Shown: piece by piece, positions 17,494 to 25,848 of the stretch
Layout of the letters: the number at the start of each line of letters is the position of its first letter
Numbering within the stretch: the first letter of the stretch is position 1
Source: an uncultured Alphaproteobacteria bacterium
GTDB lineage: Bacteria > Pseudomonadota > Alphaproteobacteria > HIMB59 > GCA-002718135
Direction of reading: 5' to 3'
Length of the DNA: 51,733 bases
NCBI GenBank assembly: GCA_902569865.1
Contig: CACFVT010000003.1
Location: 1-51,733 of the forward strand
The notes under the pieces: generated by a model
Told to the model about the DNA's origin: nothing
What the model saw: the letters and a program-made list of their open reading frames with translations, nothing else
The model's database searches: none
Position numbers and translations under genes: made by a program

Positions 17494-18340
17494 AATATTT
17501 ATTTTTTTTGCAATTTTTATTTTTTTTTATCCTGTAAAAGCAGAATTGATTTTTGAAAATGAATTCCCCAAAAAATTTCAAGGTATCTGGAGTATGGATT
17601 GTCAAGCAGGTTTACAAGTACATGTCATTGGAAAGAATAATAGTCTTTGGATTGATGAGGATTACGTAGGCTTAAATATATCAAAAACAACTAAAGATAT
17701 AGATGGTTGGATAGCTTATAAATGGGGTGAACTCGATGGATCTTATTATTATTTTTTAAATAAAAATTCACAAAATCAACTTATGGAGCTAACTCCACCA
17801 GATGATTGGGACGGTATAGATTATTCATTCTTAAATTCTAATGAATTTAGCGTTTATGAAGAATGTAATTCAATACCAAGTATGTACCAAATAATCTATG
17901 GTGAAATTGTAAGTTTGATGAATTCAAATCTAATTGAAACCTGTACTAACGACTCTAATCCACAAAATTGCATTAATGAAACATTTAATTTCTTAGATGT
18001 ATCTTCTAATGGAGAATTATCTGTTGCTGAACTTACTAGAGCTGCAAGAATTTTGATATATTTTACTTTCATTGACAAAAGAGTTGATGAAGATAGAGAT
18101 ATAGGTTTTGCAACATATACAACTACATCTTTATTTTTTCCTGCACTATCTAAAATATTAATAGGAAATTATGACTATGATAATTCTAATACAATATCAT
18201 TAAATGAAATATACACTGACAGAATTGATACTTTAGATTATCAAAATTTATTTAAAGATAATATAAAAGGATTAGATCCTAGTGAATTAAGAAGATTGAT
18301 AGAAAATCTTGATTTTTTAAAGTCAATTTTAATAAATTAA
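17483..18340 (+). CDS. Secreted protein with two EF-hand calcium-binding loops
   Basis: Signal peptide ends ...YPVKA. The loops DVSSNGELSVAE (aa 172-183) and DYDNSNTISLNE (aa 231-242) fit the 12-residue EF-hand pattern. Overlaps the upstream gene by 11 nt. Confidence 0.7.
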   Translation: MKNKIFIFFAIFIFFYPVKAELIFENEFPKKFQGIWSMDCQAGLQVHVIGKNNSLWIDEDYVGLNISKTTKDIDGWIAYKWGELDGSYYYFLNKNSQNQLMELTPPDDWDGIDYSFLNSNEFSVYEECNSIPSMYQIIYGEIVSLMNSNLIETCTNDSNPQNCINETFNFLDVSSNGELSVAELTRAARILIYFTFIDKRVDEDRDIGFATYTTTSLFFPALSKILIGNYDYDNSNTISLNEIYTDRIDTLDYQNLFKDNIKGLDPSELRRLIENLDFLKSILIN

Positions 18341-18420
18341 CATATAAGTTAATAAATATTAAAAATTAATTATTATTTGTTTATTAATAAGTTAGTATAT
18401 TTATTTTTAATGGAGGTATA

Positions 18421-18705
18421 ATGTCTGTAGCTAGAATAACAACTTTAAACTTTAAATCAAAAGATGGTGCTGATCAAGTTGAAGAAACTTATAAAAATAA
18501 TGCACCTACAGAATTTGCGGAAGCAGAACAATTAATAGAAGTTCGTGTAAATGATACAACCTTGATGTTTGTTTCTTTATATGCAGATAATGATGCAATG
18601 GAAAGAGCTTCTGCAGCCAGATCAAAAAGAATGGATTTAAATAAAGATCTTATTGAGTCAATGGATGGAAAAACAGGGAATATAATTCTAAATCATAATA
18701 ATTAA
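18421..18705 (+). CDS. Hypothetical protein (94 aa)
   Basis: GGAGG SD 5 nt upstream, followed by a strong terminator. Confidence 0.6.
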   Translation: MSVARITTLNFKSKDGADQVEETYKNNAPTEFAEAEQLIEVRVNDTTLMFVSLYADNDAMERASAARSKRMDLNKDLIESMDGKTGNIILNHNN

Positions 18706-18712
18706 AAATATG

Positions 18713-18746
18713 TCTTAGACTTTTTTTTAAAGTCTAAGATTTTATT
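18713..18746 (+). terminator. Rho-independent terminator (probably bidirectional)
   Basis: An 11-bp stem TCTTAGACTTT/AAAGTCTAAGA with a TTTTT loop is followed by TTTTATT. It sits between convergent genes ending at 18705 and 18763. Confidence 0.75.
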
Positions 18747-18762
18747 AGTTCATAATTATTCC

Positions 18763-19179
18763 TTATTGTTTATTGTTTTTGAAAGCTTCTGGGTCACATA
18801 AGTGGCAAACCATTTTTCCACCACTTCCTTTAGTATCATACGTTTGGTAAAAGATATCAGGAGAAATAATATTCATTTCAAATAGCTGTTTTTCAATTTG
18901 CCAGTAATACAAATTACACTTTGAACATTGAGCAGCATTTTTTAAGTGCTCTGGCTTGTAAAAAGACTCCCAAATTTTTTTATTATTCTCAATGTCATTA
19001 TCATTTTTAAAAATAGATACATTAGCTGGTATATCCATAAAACAATTACCACACTGGATTTCTTCAGAAACATTAGCGTATACATTGTATTTGTCTTTAG
19101 TATTAACTTTAAACCTTAATCTAATATTTTTAGAATCACACTCAGGACATTGAAATTTTTCTTGATTTTCTTTTGCCAT
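18763..19179 (-). CDS. Double zinc-ribbon (4 x CxxC) hypothetical protein
   Basis: 138 aa with CPEC...CGNC and CSKC...CHLC pairs. Confidence 0.6.
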   Translation of the reverse strand: MAKENQEKFQCPECDSKNIRLRFKVNTKDKYNVYANVSEEIQCGNCFMDIPANVSIFKNDNDIENNKKIWESFYKPEHLKNAAQCSKCNLYYWQIEKQLFEMNIISPDIFYQTYDTKGSGGKMVCHLCDPEAFKNNKQ

Positions 19180-19251
19180 ATAAAATACTATAGATGATGA
19201 AGAAAATATTACTATTTAAAATTAATTTTTTTTAAGTATAAGAATTATTGA

Positions 19252-19941
19252 GTGAGAAATACATTATTTAAGTTAAATTCATCTAAAATTTTTCAATTTT
19301 CTGTAATTTTTATTATTATTTTAAATGCAATAACAGTCGGCATTAGTACATACGATTTAAATCCTATTATTAAGAATTCTATTCAGTTTCTTGATTATGG
19401 AATTACAGTTTTTTTTGTTATAGAAATTTTAATACGTTTTTTTAGCGAGCCTAATAAAAGAGATTTTTTTAAAAATGGCTGGAATATATTTGACTCAATA
19501 ATTGTATTTATATCATTGATTCCAATACCAAATAATTCAAGTTATTTATTATTACGTTTATTACGTGTTTTTAGGGTATTGAGATTAATTTCAGTAATTC
19601 CAGAATTAAAAAAAATAATTGAAGCATTAATAAACTCAATAAAAAAAGTCTTTTATGTGAGTTTACTACTTTTTATTATTCTTTATATTTATGCTACAAT
19701 TGGCTCAATTCTATTTGGAGATGTTATACCATATAGATGGAGAGATGTTGGAGCTTCATTGATAACACTTTTCCAAGTTTTAACATTATCTAGCTGGGAA
19801 ACTGTTATGCTACCTCTGCAAGAAATATATTGGTGGGCATGGATATATTTTTTTAGTTTTATAATTATTTGCGCAATAACAATGATGAATTTATTAATTG
19901 CTGTAATTGTAGATGTAATATTGAGTCAAAAAAAACTTTAA
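19252..19941 (+). CDS. Voltage-gated sodium channel, NaChBac family (NavRh-type)
   Basis: GTG start, six TM segments and S4 arginine ladder LLRLLRVFRVLRLI. The pore filter is FQVLTLSSWETV, with TLSSWE at residues 178-183. Confidence 0.9.
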   Translation: MRNTLFKLNSSKIFQFSVIFIIILNAITVGISTYDLNPIIKNSIQFLDYGITVFFVIEILIRFFSEPNKRDFFKNGWNIFDSIIVFISLIPIPNNSSYLLLRLLRVFRVLRLISVIPELKKIIEALINSIKKVFYVSLLLFIILYIYATIGSILFGDVIPYRWRDVGASLITLFQVLTLSSWETVMLPLQEIYWWAWIYFFSFIIICAITMMNLLIAVIVDVILSQKKL

Positions 19942-20604
19942 CTATTTAAAAAATTTAATAACAATAAAAATACCTAAAGAAACTGCAGGACCTATTCCAA
20001 ATGCAAATAATAAAGTTCCAATTCCTACTACTCCACCAAAATAAAAACCAATAACTACTAGAGTTACTTCTATAAGTGTTCTAATTAACGCAATTGGTTT
20101 GTCAGTTAATTTTTGCAAACCTGTCATTAGACCATCCCTTGGTCCAGGACCTAAGTTTGCAGTTAAGTAAAATCCACTACCTATACCAACTATAAGAACT
20201 GCAATCAAAGATTGTGAAATTTGATAAAACAAAGTTTTTGGATATGGTAAAATTTGAGATGTTAAATCTATTACAATTGAAATTAAAATTACGTTTAATA
20301 AAGTTCCCAGTCCTGGTTTTTGTTTTAAGGGATACCATAAAAACAAAACAGTTATACTTACAATAAATGTTGTTATGCCTATTGATAAATTCAATTGAAA
20401 TGAAAGTCCTTGAGCAAGAACAGTCCAAGGACTTACTCCTTGATTAGCAGTAATAAGAAGAGTTTCACCTAATCCAAATAAGATCAAACCTAAAATAAGA
20501 TAAATAAATGTTTTTAATTTTGGTCTAAAATTAAAAGGATCATTAGAACTCCATGATAAATTTGGAATTTTTTTGATTTTTAATATAGTGATCAGAAAAT
20601 TCAT
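19942..20604 (-). CDS. Polytopic membrane protein (YczE/COG2364-like by recollection)
   Basis: 220 aa with about six TM segments and a GLGETLLITANQGVSPWTVLAQGLS motif. Confidence 0.65.
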   Translation of the reverse strand: MNFLITILKIKKIPNLSWSSNDPFNFRPKLKTFIYLILGLILFGLGETLLITANQGVSPWTVLAQGLSFQLNLSIGITTFIVSITVLFLWYPLKQKPGLGTLLNVILISIVIDLTSQILPYPKTLFYQISQSLIAVLIVGIGSGFYLTANLGPGPRDGLMTGLQKLTDKPIALIRTLIEVTLVVIGFYFGGVVGIGTLLFAFGIGPAVSLGIFIVIKFFK

Positions 20605-20636
20605 AAAAAAAGCAAGTAATATTCATTACTTGCTTT
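20602..20636 (-). terminator. Rho-independent terminator after 20647..20967, with its U-tract running into the next start codon
   Basis: The minus strand reads AAAGCAAGTAAT-GAAT-ATTACTTGCTTT then TTTT then ATG. This is a perfect 12-bp stem with a 4-nt loop. Confidence 0.75.
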
Positions 20637-20646
20637 GAATATCAAT

Positions 20647-20967
20647 TTATTTTGGCATATTTGTTGCACCAGTTTCAAGAGAAATAATTTTTCCATCTTG
20701 GAACTTAAAAACAGCCATTACAGCTTGTTTATTACCATCACTAAAAGTGACAAAAGAGTGCTCTACACCTATTTCATCATTTTCATAAACTATTCTTACC
20801 TTGTCTCTATTTATATCATCACTCAATGCCCATTTAATTACATCTTGCTTTGATAAAACATTACCAGATGCATGCATTGTAAACTTATAGTCATCATGAA
20901 GCACTTCATTCATTGCAGCTTCGTCTTTATTCATAAATGCATCACTGTATTTTTGTAGAATTGACAT
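20647..20967 (-). CDS. SnoaL/NTF2-like small protein (paralog of 2823..3146)
   Basis: 106 aa. See 2823..3146. Confidence 0.7.
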   Translation of the reverse strand: MSILQKYSDAFMNKDEAAMNEVLHDDYKFTMHASGNVLSKQDVIKWALSDDINRDKVRIVYENDEIGVEHSFVTFSDGNKQAVMAVFKFQDGKIISLETGATNMPK

Positions 20968-21020
20968 AGTTTCTCCTTAAAATATTAATAAATTAATTTA
21001 ATTATCTGTATATATATGAA

Positions 21021-21875
21021 ATGTTAAATTTTTTTCCATTCTTATTTGTTTTTTTTTGGAGTTCAGCTTTTGTTAGTGGTCAAATAATTGTTCAATCAGC
21101 AAGTCCCTTTGCTTCACTTTCATTTAGATTTATTATTGTAGCATTAGGATTTTTATTATTCGCATATTTTTTTAAAGAAAAGATTTTTGTGAAGAAATCA
21201 TTAGTTATTCAATCTGCTATCACCGGTATATTCTTTCATGGATTTTATCTTGGAGGCGTATTTTTTTCTTATAGCCTAGGACTATCAGCAACTCTGTCAG
21301 CATTAATTGTTGGATTGCAACCAGTATTAACAAATATTTTGTGCGGACCTATTTTAAAAGAAAAAGTTACACTGACTCAATGGATAGGGATTTTATTAGG
21401 ATTAGTAGGCACTGCATTAGTCATTGGTCTTGATATAGGAAAATCTATTCCAACACTTGGTATTATTGCCTCTATAGTAGCTTTATTAGGAGCAACTACT
21501 GCCACAATATGGCAAAAAAAATTTACTAATAAATTACCTCTATCAATAAATAATTTTTATCAAGCTGTAGCTGCAGCAATTTTTTTATTTTTTATCTCCG
21601 TTTTTTTTGAAGTATCTTATATTAATTTCACTAATTCATTTATATTTTCAATGAGTTGGCAAATAATTATGGTTTCATTCGGTGCATTTACTATCTTGAT
21701 GTATTTAATTAAAATTGGTTCCGCATCAAAAACATCAAATTTATTTTTTCTCGTACCTCCAACTACAGCACTTATGGCATGGTTAATTCTCGATGAAGAG
21801 TTATTGAGAAATGACTTGATAGGATTGTTTATTGCAGCTGTGGGCGTATATATAGCTACTAGAAAATTACAATAA
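21021..21875 (+). CDS. EamA/DMT-family transporter
   Basis: 284 aa with about ten TM helices in a two-fold EamA-like arrangement. Confidence 0.8.
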   Translation: MLNFFPFLFVFFWSSAFVSGQIIVQSASPFASLSFRFIIVALGFLLFAYFFKEKIFVKKSLVIQSAITGIFFHGFYLGGVFFSYSLGLSATLSALIVGLQPVLTNILCGPILKEKVTLTQWIGILLGLVGTALVIGLDIGKSIPTLGIIASIVALLGATTATIWQKKFTNKLPLSINNFYQAVAAAIFLFFISVFFEVSYINFTNSFIFSMSWQIIMVSFGAFTILMYLIKIGSASKTSNLFFLVPPTTALMAWLILDEELLRNDLIGLFIAAVGVYIATRKLQ

Positions 21876-22241
21876 ATATTTTATAATTTTAGAATCACCA
21901 GGTGCTAATTTGTAATGTAATAAATCTTGCTTATATACCCATTTCATATCTTCATGCTCAGATAAAATAATATTCGTATTTAAAGCCTCACATAAAAAAT
22001 AATGGACCTCTACATTAATTTTTTCATCTTTATGTTTTTGAGATGTTATTTTTTTATTAATTTTAATATTAATTGATAATTCTTCATTAATTTCTCTTTT
22101 AAGTGCATATTCAAAACTCTCATCGTGATCTACTTTACCACCTGGAAATTCCCAATGATATGCAAAATGTTTTTGTCTATTACGTTGAGCTATAAAATAT
22201 TTATTATGTTTTTTTATTACAGCAGCAACTACATCAATCAT
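21867..22241 (-). CDS. NUDIX hydrolase (MutT-like)
   Basis: NUDIX box GGKVDHDESFEYALKREINEELS. Confidence 0.85.
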   Translation of the reverse strand: MIDVVAAVIKKHNKYFIAQRNRQKHFAYHWEFPGGKVDHDESFEYALKREINEELSINIKINKKITSQKHKDEKINVEVHYFLCEALNTNIILSEHEDMKWVYKQDLLHYKLAPGDSKIIKYLL

Positions 22242-22261
22242 TAGATGAATTTATAAGATGT

Positions 22262-23488
22262 TTATTCGTAACGTAGAGCATCTATAGGATTTAAACTAGC
22301 AGCTTTTCTTGCTGGATAAAAACCAAAAATTACACCAATAGAAGAAGAAAAAACAAATGATAAAACTAATGACATATAGTCTAAACTCATTTTCCAGTTA
22401 AAATACTCACTTACACCGAATATGACGCCTAATCCGAGTGCTATACCTAAACATCCACCAATTAGAGATATCATTAAAGATTCTATTAAAAATTGAAGTA
22501 ATACATCTCTTTTTTTTGCGCCAACTGACATACAAACACCTATTTCTTTTGTGCGTTCAGTAACCGTTACTAACATGATATTCATTATACCAATTCCCCC
22601 TACTATCAATGAAATTCCTGCAACTGTTGCTAAGAGAATTGACATTACTCTTGATGACTCTTGTCTAGCATTTAAAAATTGTGCATAATTTCTTATTACA
22701 AAATCAGGATTACCATTAGCAGAGATTTTGTGCAGTTTTCTCATTACTGTATCAATGTCTTTTTCAGTTTTAAAAAGTAATTCTGATGAAGATACATTAA
22801 TAGTCATGCTTCTTATTTGATCGCCTGGAAATTTTTTAGCAACTAAACGTTGTTTTGCAGTCTTTAATGGCACGATAATTGTATCATCAAGATCTGCCCA
22901 TGCAGTTCCACCCTTTGCATCTAATAATCCGATTACAGTAAAAGGCACTTTATTTATTCTGATTACTTCATCAATCGGACTGTCAGTGCCAAATAAGTTT
23001 TTTTGAACAGTTTTACCTATTATAGCTACTCTTGAACCTGAATTAATTTCGTCTTCTTGAAATTTTCTTCCATTTTCGAATTTCCAATTTCCTAATGCAA
23101 AATAATCGTTTGTAGAGCCTGTAACAGTAGCTAACCAATTATTACCATTTGCAATTATCTGGGTACTTAGACTAACTCTTGGTGCAATAGCTGCAATAGC
23201 AGGTAACTCATTTTTTAAAGCTTCCATATCTTTTAATGTTAAACTATTAACAGAATTATTTCCCATCGAGACACCTCTATTATTTGAACTTTGGGATCTT
23301 AAAATTAAATTATTAGAACCAAACCTTTCTATTTGCTGCTCTACTTCTAATCTAGCTCCAGCACCTATTGAAATCATAGTAATAACTGAACTAACTCCAA
23401 TAATAATTCCAAGTGAAGTTAGTACACTTCTTAAAATATTAGATCTTAGACTTTTTTGTGAAAGATAAATTAAATCAACTAGAGACAT
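22262..23488 (-). CDS. ABC transporter permease, MacB/FtsX type
   Basis: 408 aa with an N-terminal TM, a large periplasmic domain and a C-terminal FtsX-like 3-TM bundle. Confidence 0.88.
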   Translation of the reverse strand: MSLVDLIYLSQKSLRSNILRSVLTSLGIIIGVSSVITMISIGAGARLEVEQQIERFGSNNLILRSQSSNNRGVSMGNNSVNSLTLKDMEALKNELPAIAAIAPRVSLSTQIIANGNNWLATVTGSTNDYFALGNWKFENGRKFQEDEINSGSRVAIIGKTVQKNLFGTDSPIDEVIRINKVPFTVIGLLDAKGGTAWADLDDTIIVPLKTAKQRLVAKKFPGDQIRSMTINVSSSELLFKTEKDIDTVMRKLHKISANGNPDFVIRNYAQFLNARQESSRVMSILLATVAGISLIVGGIGIMNIMLVTVTERTKEIGVCMSVGAKKRDVLLQFLIESLMISLIGGCLGIALGLGVIFGVSEYFNWKMSLDYMSLVLSFVFSSSIGVIFGFYPARKAASLNPIDALRYE

Positions 23489-24158
23489 TTTTTTTATCCT
23501 CTATAATTTTACCATCTTTCATCTTGATAATACGGGAGCCATATTGTGCTATATCTTTCTCATGTGTTACTAGAATTATTGTAATTCCATTAGAATTTAA
23601 ATCATTTAAAATTTTCATAATCTCTAAACTAGTATAACTATCTAATGCACCAGTAGGTTCATCTGCTAATATTAATTTAGGATTCCCAGCGATAGCCCTT
23701 GCAATTGAAACTCTTTGTTGCTGTCCACCAGATAACTGATTTGGTTTGTGATCTTTTCGATCTTTTAAACCTACATTTTCTAATGCTTCCATTGAAAGTT
23801 TAGTTCTTTCTTTTACATTTTTTCCTGAATATAAAAGAGGTAAATTAACATTTTCTAAAGCATTCAATCTGGGTAATAAATTAAAATTTTGAAAAATAAA
23901 TCCGATATCTTTATTTCTTAATTCAGCAAGCATGTTAGAATTGTAATTGGATATATTTTTATTTCTAAAAAAATAATCGCCACTAGTTGGAACATCAAGA
24001 CAACCAATAATATTCATAAGGGTAGATTTACCAGAGCCAGAGGAACCCATTATTGAGACAAATTCTCCTTCTTTTATCGATACATCAACTTCATTGAGAG
24101 CTAAAAGTTTATTATCTCCCATAATGTATTCTTTAGTAATGGCATTAATATTTATCAT
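23475..24158 (-). CDS. ABC transporter ATP-binding protein (MacB/LolD type)
   Basis: Walker A GSSGSGKST, signature LSGGQQQR and Walker B ILADEPT. Confidence 0.93.
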   Translation of the reverse strand: MININAITKEYIMGDNKLLALNEVDVSIKEGEFVSIMGSSGSGKSTLMNIIGCLDVPTSGDYFFRNKNISNYNSNMLAELRNKDIGFIFQNFNLLPRLNALENVNLPLLYSGKNVKERTKLSMEALENVGLKDRKDHKPNQLSGGQQQRVSIARAIAGNPKLILADEPTGALDSYTSLEIMKILNDLNSNGITIILVTHEKDIAQYGSRIIKMKDGKIIEDKKNVSS

Positions 24159-25733
24159 TTAAAAAAGTCTGAGAGCTTTTTTAGAAGTGGTTTCAACGGT
24201 TATTTTGGATATAACTTCATCACCTTCACTTAGTTCACCTTTTATAATTTCTGTGTAACCACCAGAATTTAATCCAGTAATTAGATCAATTTTCTGATGA
24301 TCACCATCAACAAGTTTATATACTTTTTTAACATTTAGAGATTCTTTAAGTGCAAAATACTTATTTCTTTGTTCATCAGTTAATAATTCAATTAAACCAT
24401 TTTCTATAAAGAGCTGAATTTCTTTGCTAATTTTTTCTGGAGACATATTTTTAGCTTCTAAAGATGCTCTTAATTTTCCAAGCTTAGGATAAACACCTCT
24501 CATTTTGTTTTGTTGATCCGCAGTCATATCTAATTGTCCCATTATTTCTTGCATTTGAGATGGTCTACCACTACCCCATCCGCTTCCACTTGAACTTTGT
24601 TTTTTAGGCTTTTGATTTAATTTAACTGATAAAGCAGAGTTTTTTACTTTTAATATATCATTTTTGTTTTTAACTATAATATCAACATTAGCAGTCATTC
24701 CAGGTAAAAGAATGTTATTAGGATTTTCAAAAGAAGCTAAAACTTCATATGTAATAACATTTTGATCATCTATAGGTGAATATCTTATTTGAGTAATTGT
24801 AGCTGTTAACTTTCTATCTGGGAATGCATCTGTTGAGAATTCAACAGTTTGATCGACTTTAATATTACCGATATCTGATTCATCAATAAATATTTCAATA
24901 TTCATTTTAGAGAGAGTTTCTGCAATAGTAAACATTATAGAATCTTTTTGATAAGCTCCTAAAACATCACCTACGCTGATATGTCTATCTAAAATAAAAC
25001 CATCAATTGGAGATACAATTCTAGTTTTACTCAAATCTAGTTTTTCGCTTTCTAGTTTTAATTGTGTTTGCTCAATTAGTTTTTTAACTTCTTCAATTTC
25101 TGCATCAATTATTTTTATTTGTGCTTGTCGAGAATTAATTATGGCATTTAAAGATAAAATATCTGACTCTAATGAACTATATTGAAAAATTGCACTCTCA
25201 TATTCAAATAATGCATCTTCATATTCTTTTTTGGAAATAAAATTATTTTTATAAAGGGCTTTTTTATCTTCTAAATTACCTGATAATTTTTTTAAATATA
25301 ATGAAAAATCATCAAGTTTTGATTCTGAACCTTTTTTATTAGATATGGAATTATTTAATTCTGATTTAGCTTTTTCTAAACTGGCATTTTTTTGTTTAAG
25401 TTTAGATTTAGAAATTTCTACTGACGTTTCTGTTTCATCAACATTTAAAATGAAAGGGTTTTGATCAAATATAGCCAAAACATCTCCCTTGTTAATTTTT
25501 TCATTGTAATCTTTTTTAATTTCAACAATTTTACCCGATATTTCAGATGATAATATTAATGTTGAAGTTGGAATAATTTTTCCTGTTGCAGAAACTACTT
25601 TCTTTATACTTCCTTTCTCTATCTTAACATATTCATATAATTCAGTAGAAACTTGAGTGTTATTTTGATTATAAAAATAATAGCTTAGAAGTCCAATCGC
25701 TATAAGTGTGAATAAGACTAGTATTTTCTTCAT
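24159..25733 (-). CDS. Efflux periplasmic adaptor (MacA/HlyD family) with a ~95-aa internal insertion
   Basis: Signal anchor, lipoyl/coiled-coil/beta-barrel order and a C-terminal membrane-proximal domain (GGYTEIIKGELSEGDEVI). At 524 aa it is longer than the ~370-400 aa I recall as typical. Confidence 0.85.
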   Translation of the reverse strand: MKKILVLFTLIAIGLLSYYFYNQNNTQVSTELYEYVKIEKGSIKKVVSATGKIIPTSTLILSSEISGKIVEIKKDYNEKINKGDVLAIFDQNPFILNVDETETSVEISKSKLKQKNASLEKAKSELNNSISNKKGSESKLDDFSLYLKKLSGNLEDKKALYKNNFISKKEYEDALFEYESAIFQYSSLESDILSLNAIINSRQAQIKIIDAEIEEVKKLIEQTQLKLESEKLDLSKTRIVSPIDGFILDRHISVGDVLGAYQKDSIMFTIAETLSKMNIEIFIDESDIGNIKVDQTVEFSTDAFPDRKLTATITQIRYSPIDDQNVITYEVLASFENPNNILLPGMTANVDIIVKNKNDILKVKNSALSVKLNQKPKKQSSSGSGWGSGRPSQMQEIMGQLDMTADQQNKMRGVYPKLGKLRASLEAKNMSPEKISKEIQLFIENGLIELLTDEQRNKYFALKESLNVKKVYKLVDGDHQKIDLITGLNSGGYTEIIKGELSEGDEVISKITVETTSKKALRLF

Positions 25734-25848
25734 TGAATTTTATTTTTTTTTAATTTTATTGATATAGCTTAAAAAAACCAAAATAATACCTCTGTAATAG
25801 TATAATCATATTTTGAAAATATATAATAAATTCAATCAGTTATCTATA

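Noticed and set aside
17896-18078. Minus-strand 60-aa ORF
   Set aside because: It is antisense within the EF-hand protein gene.
20177-20428. Minus-strand 83-aa ORF
   Set aside because: It is an alternative frame inside the YczE-like membrane-protein gene and is Cys/Asn/Phe-rich nonsense.
20635-20853. Plus-strand 72-aa ORF
   Set aside because: It is antisense to the SnoaL-like paralog, whose reality is supported by the second copy.
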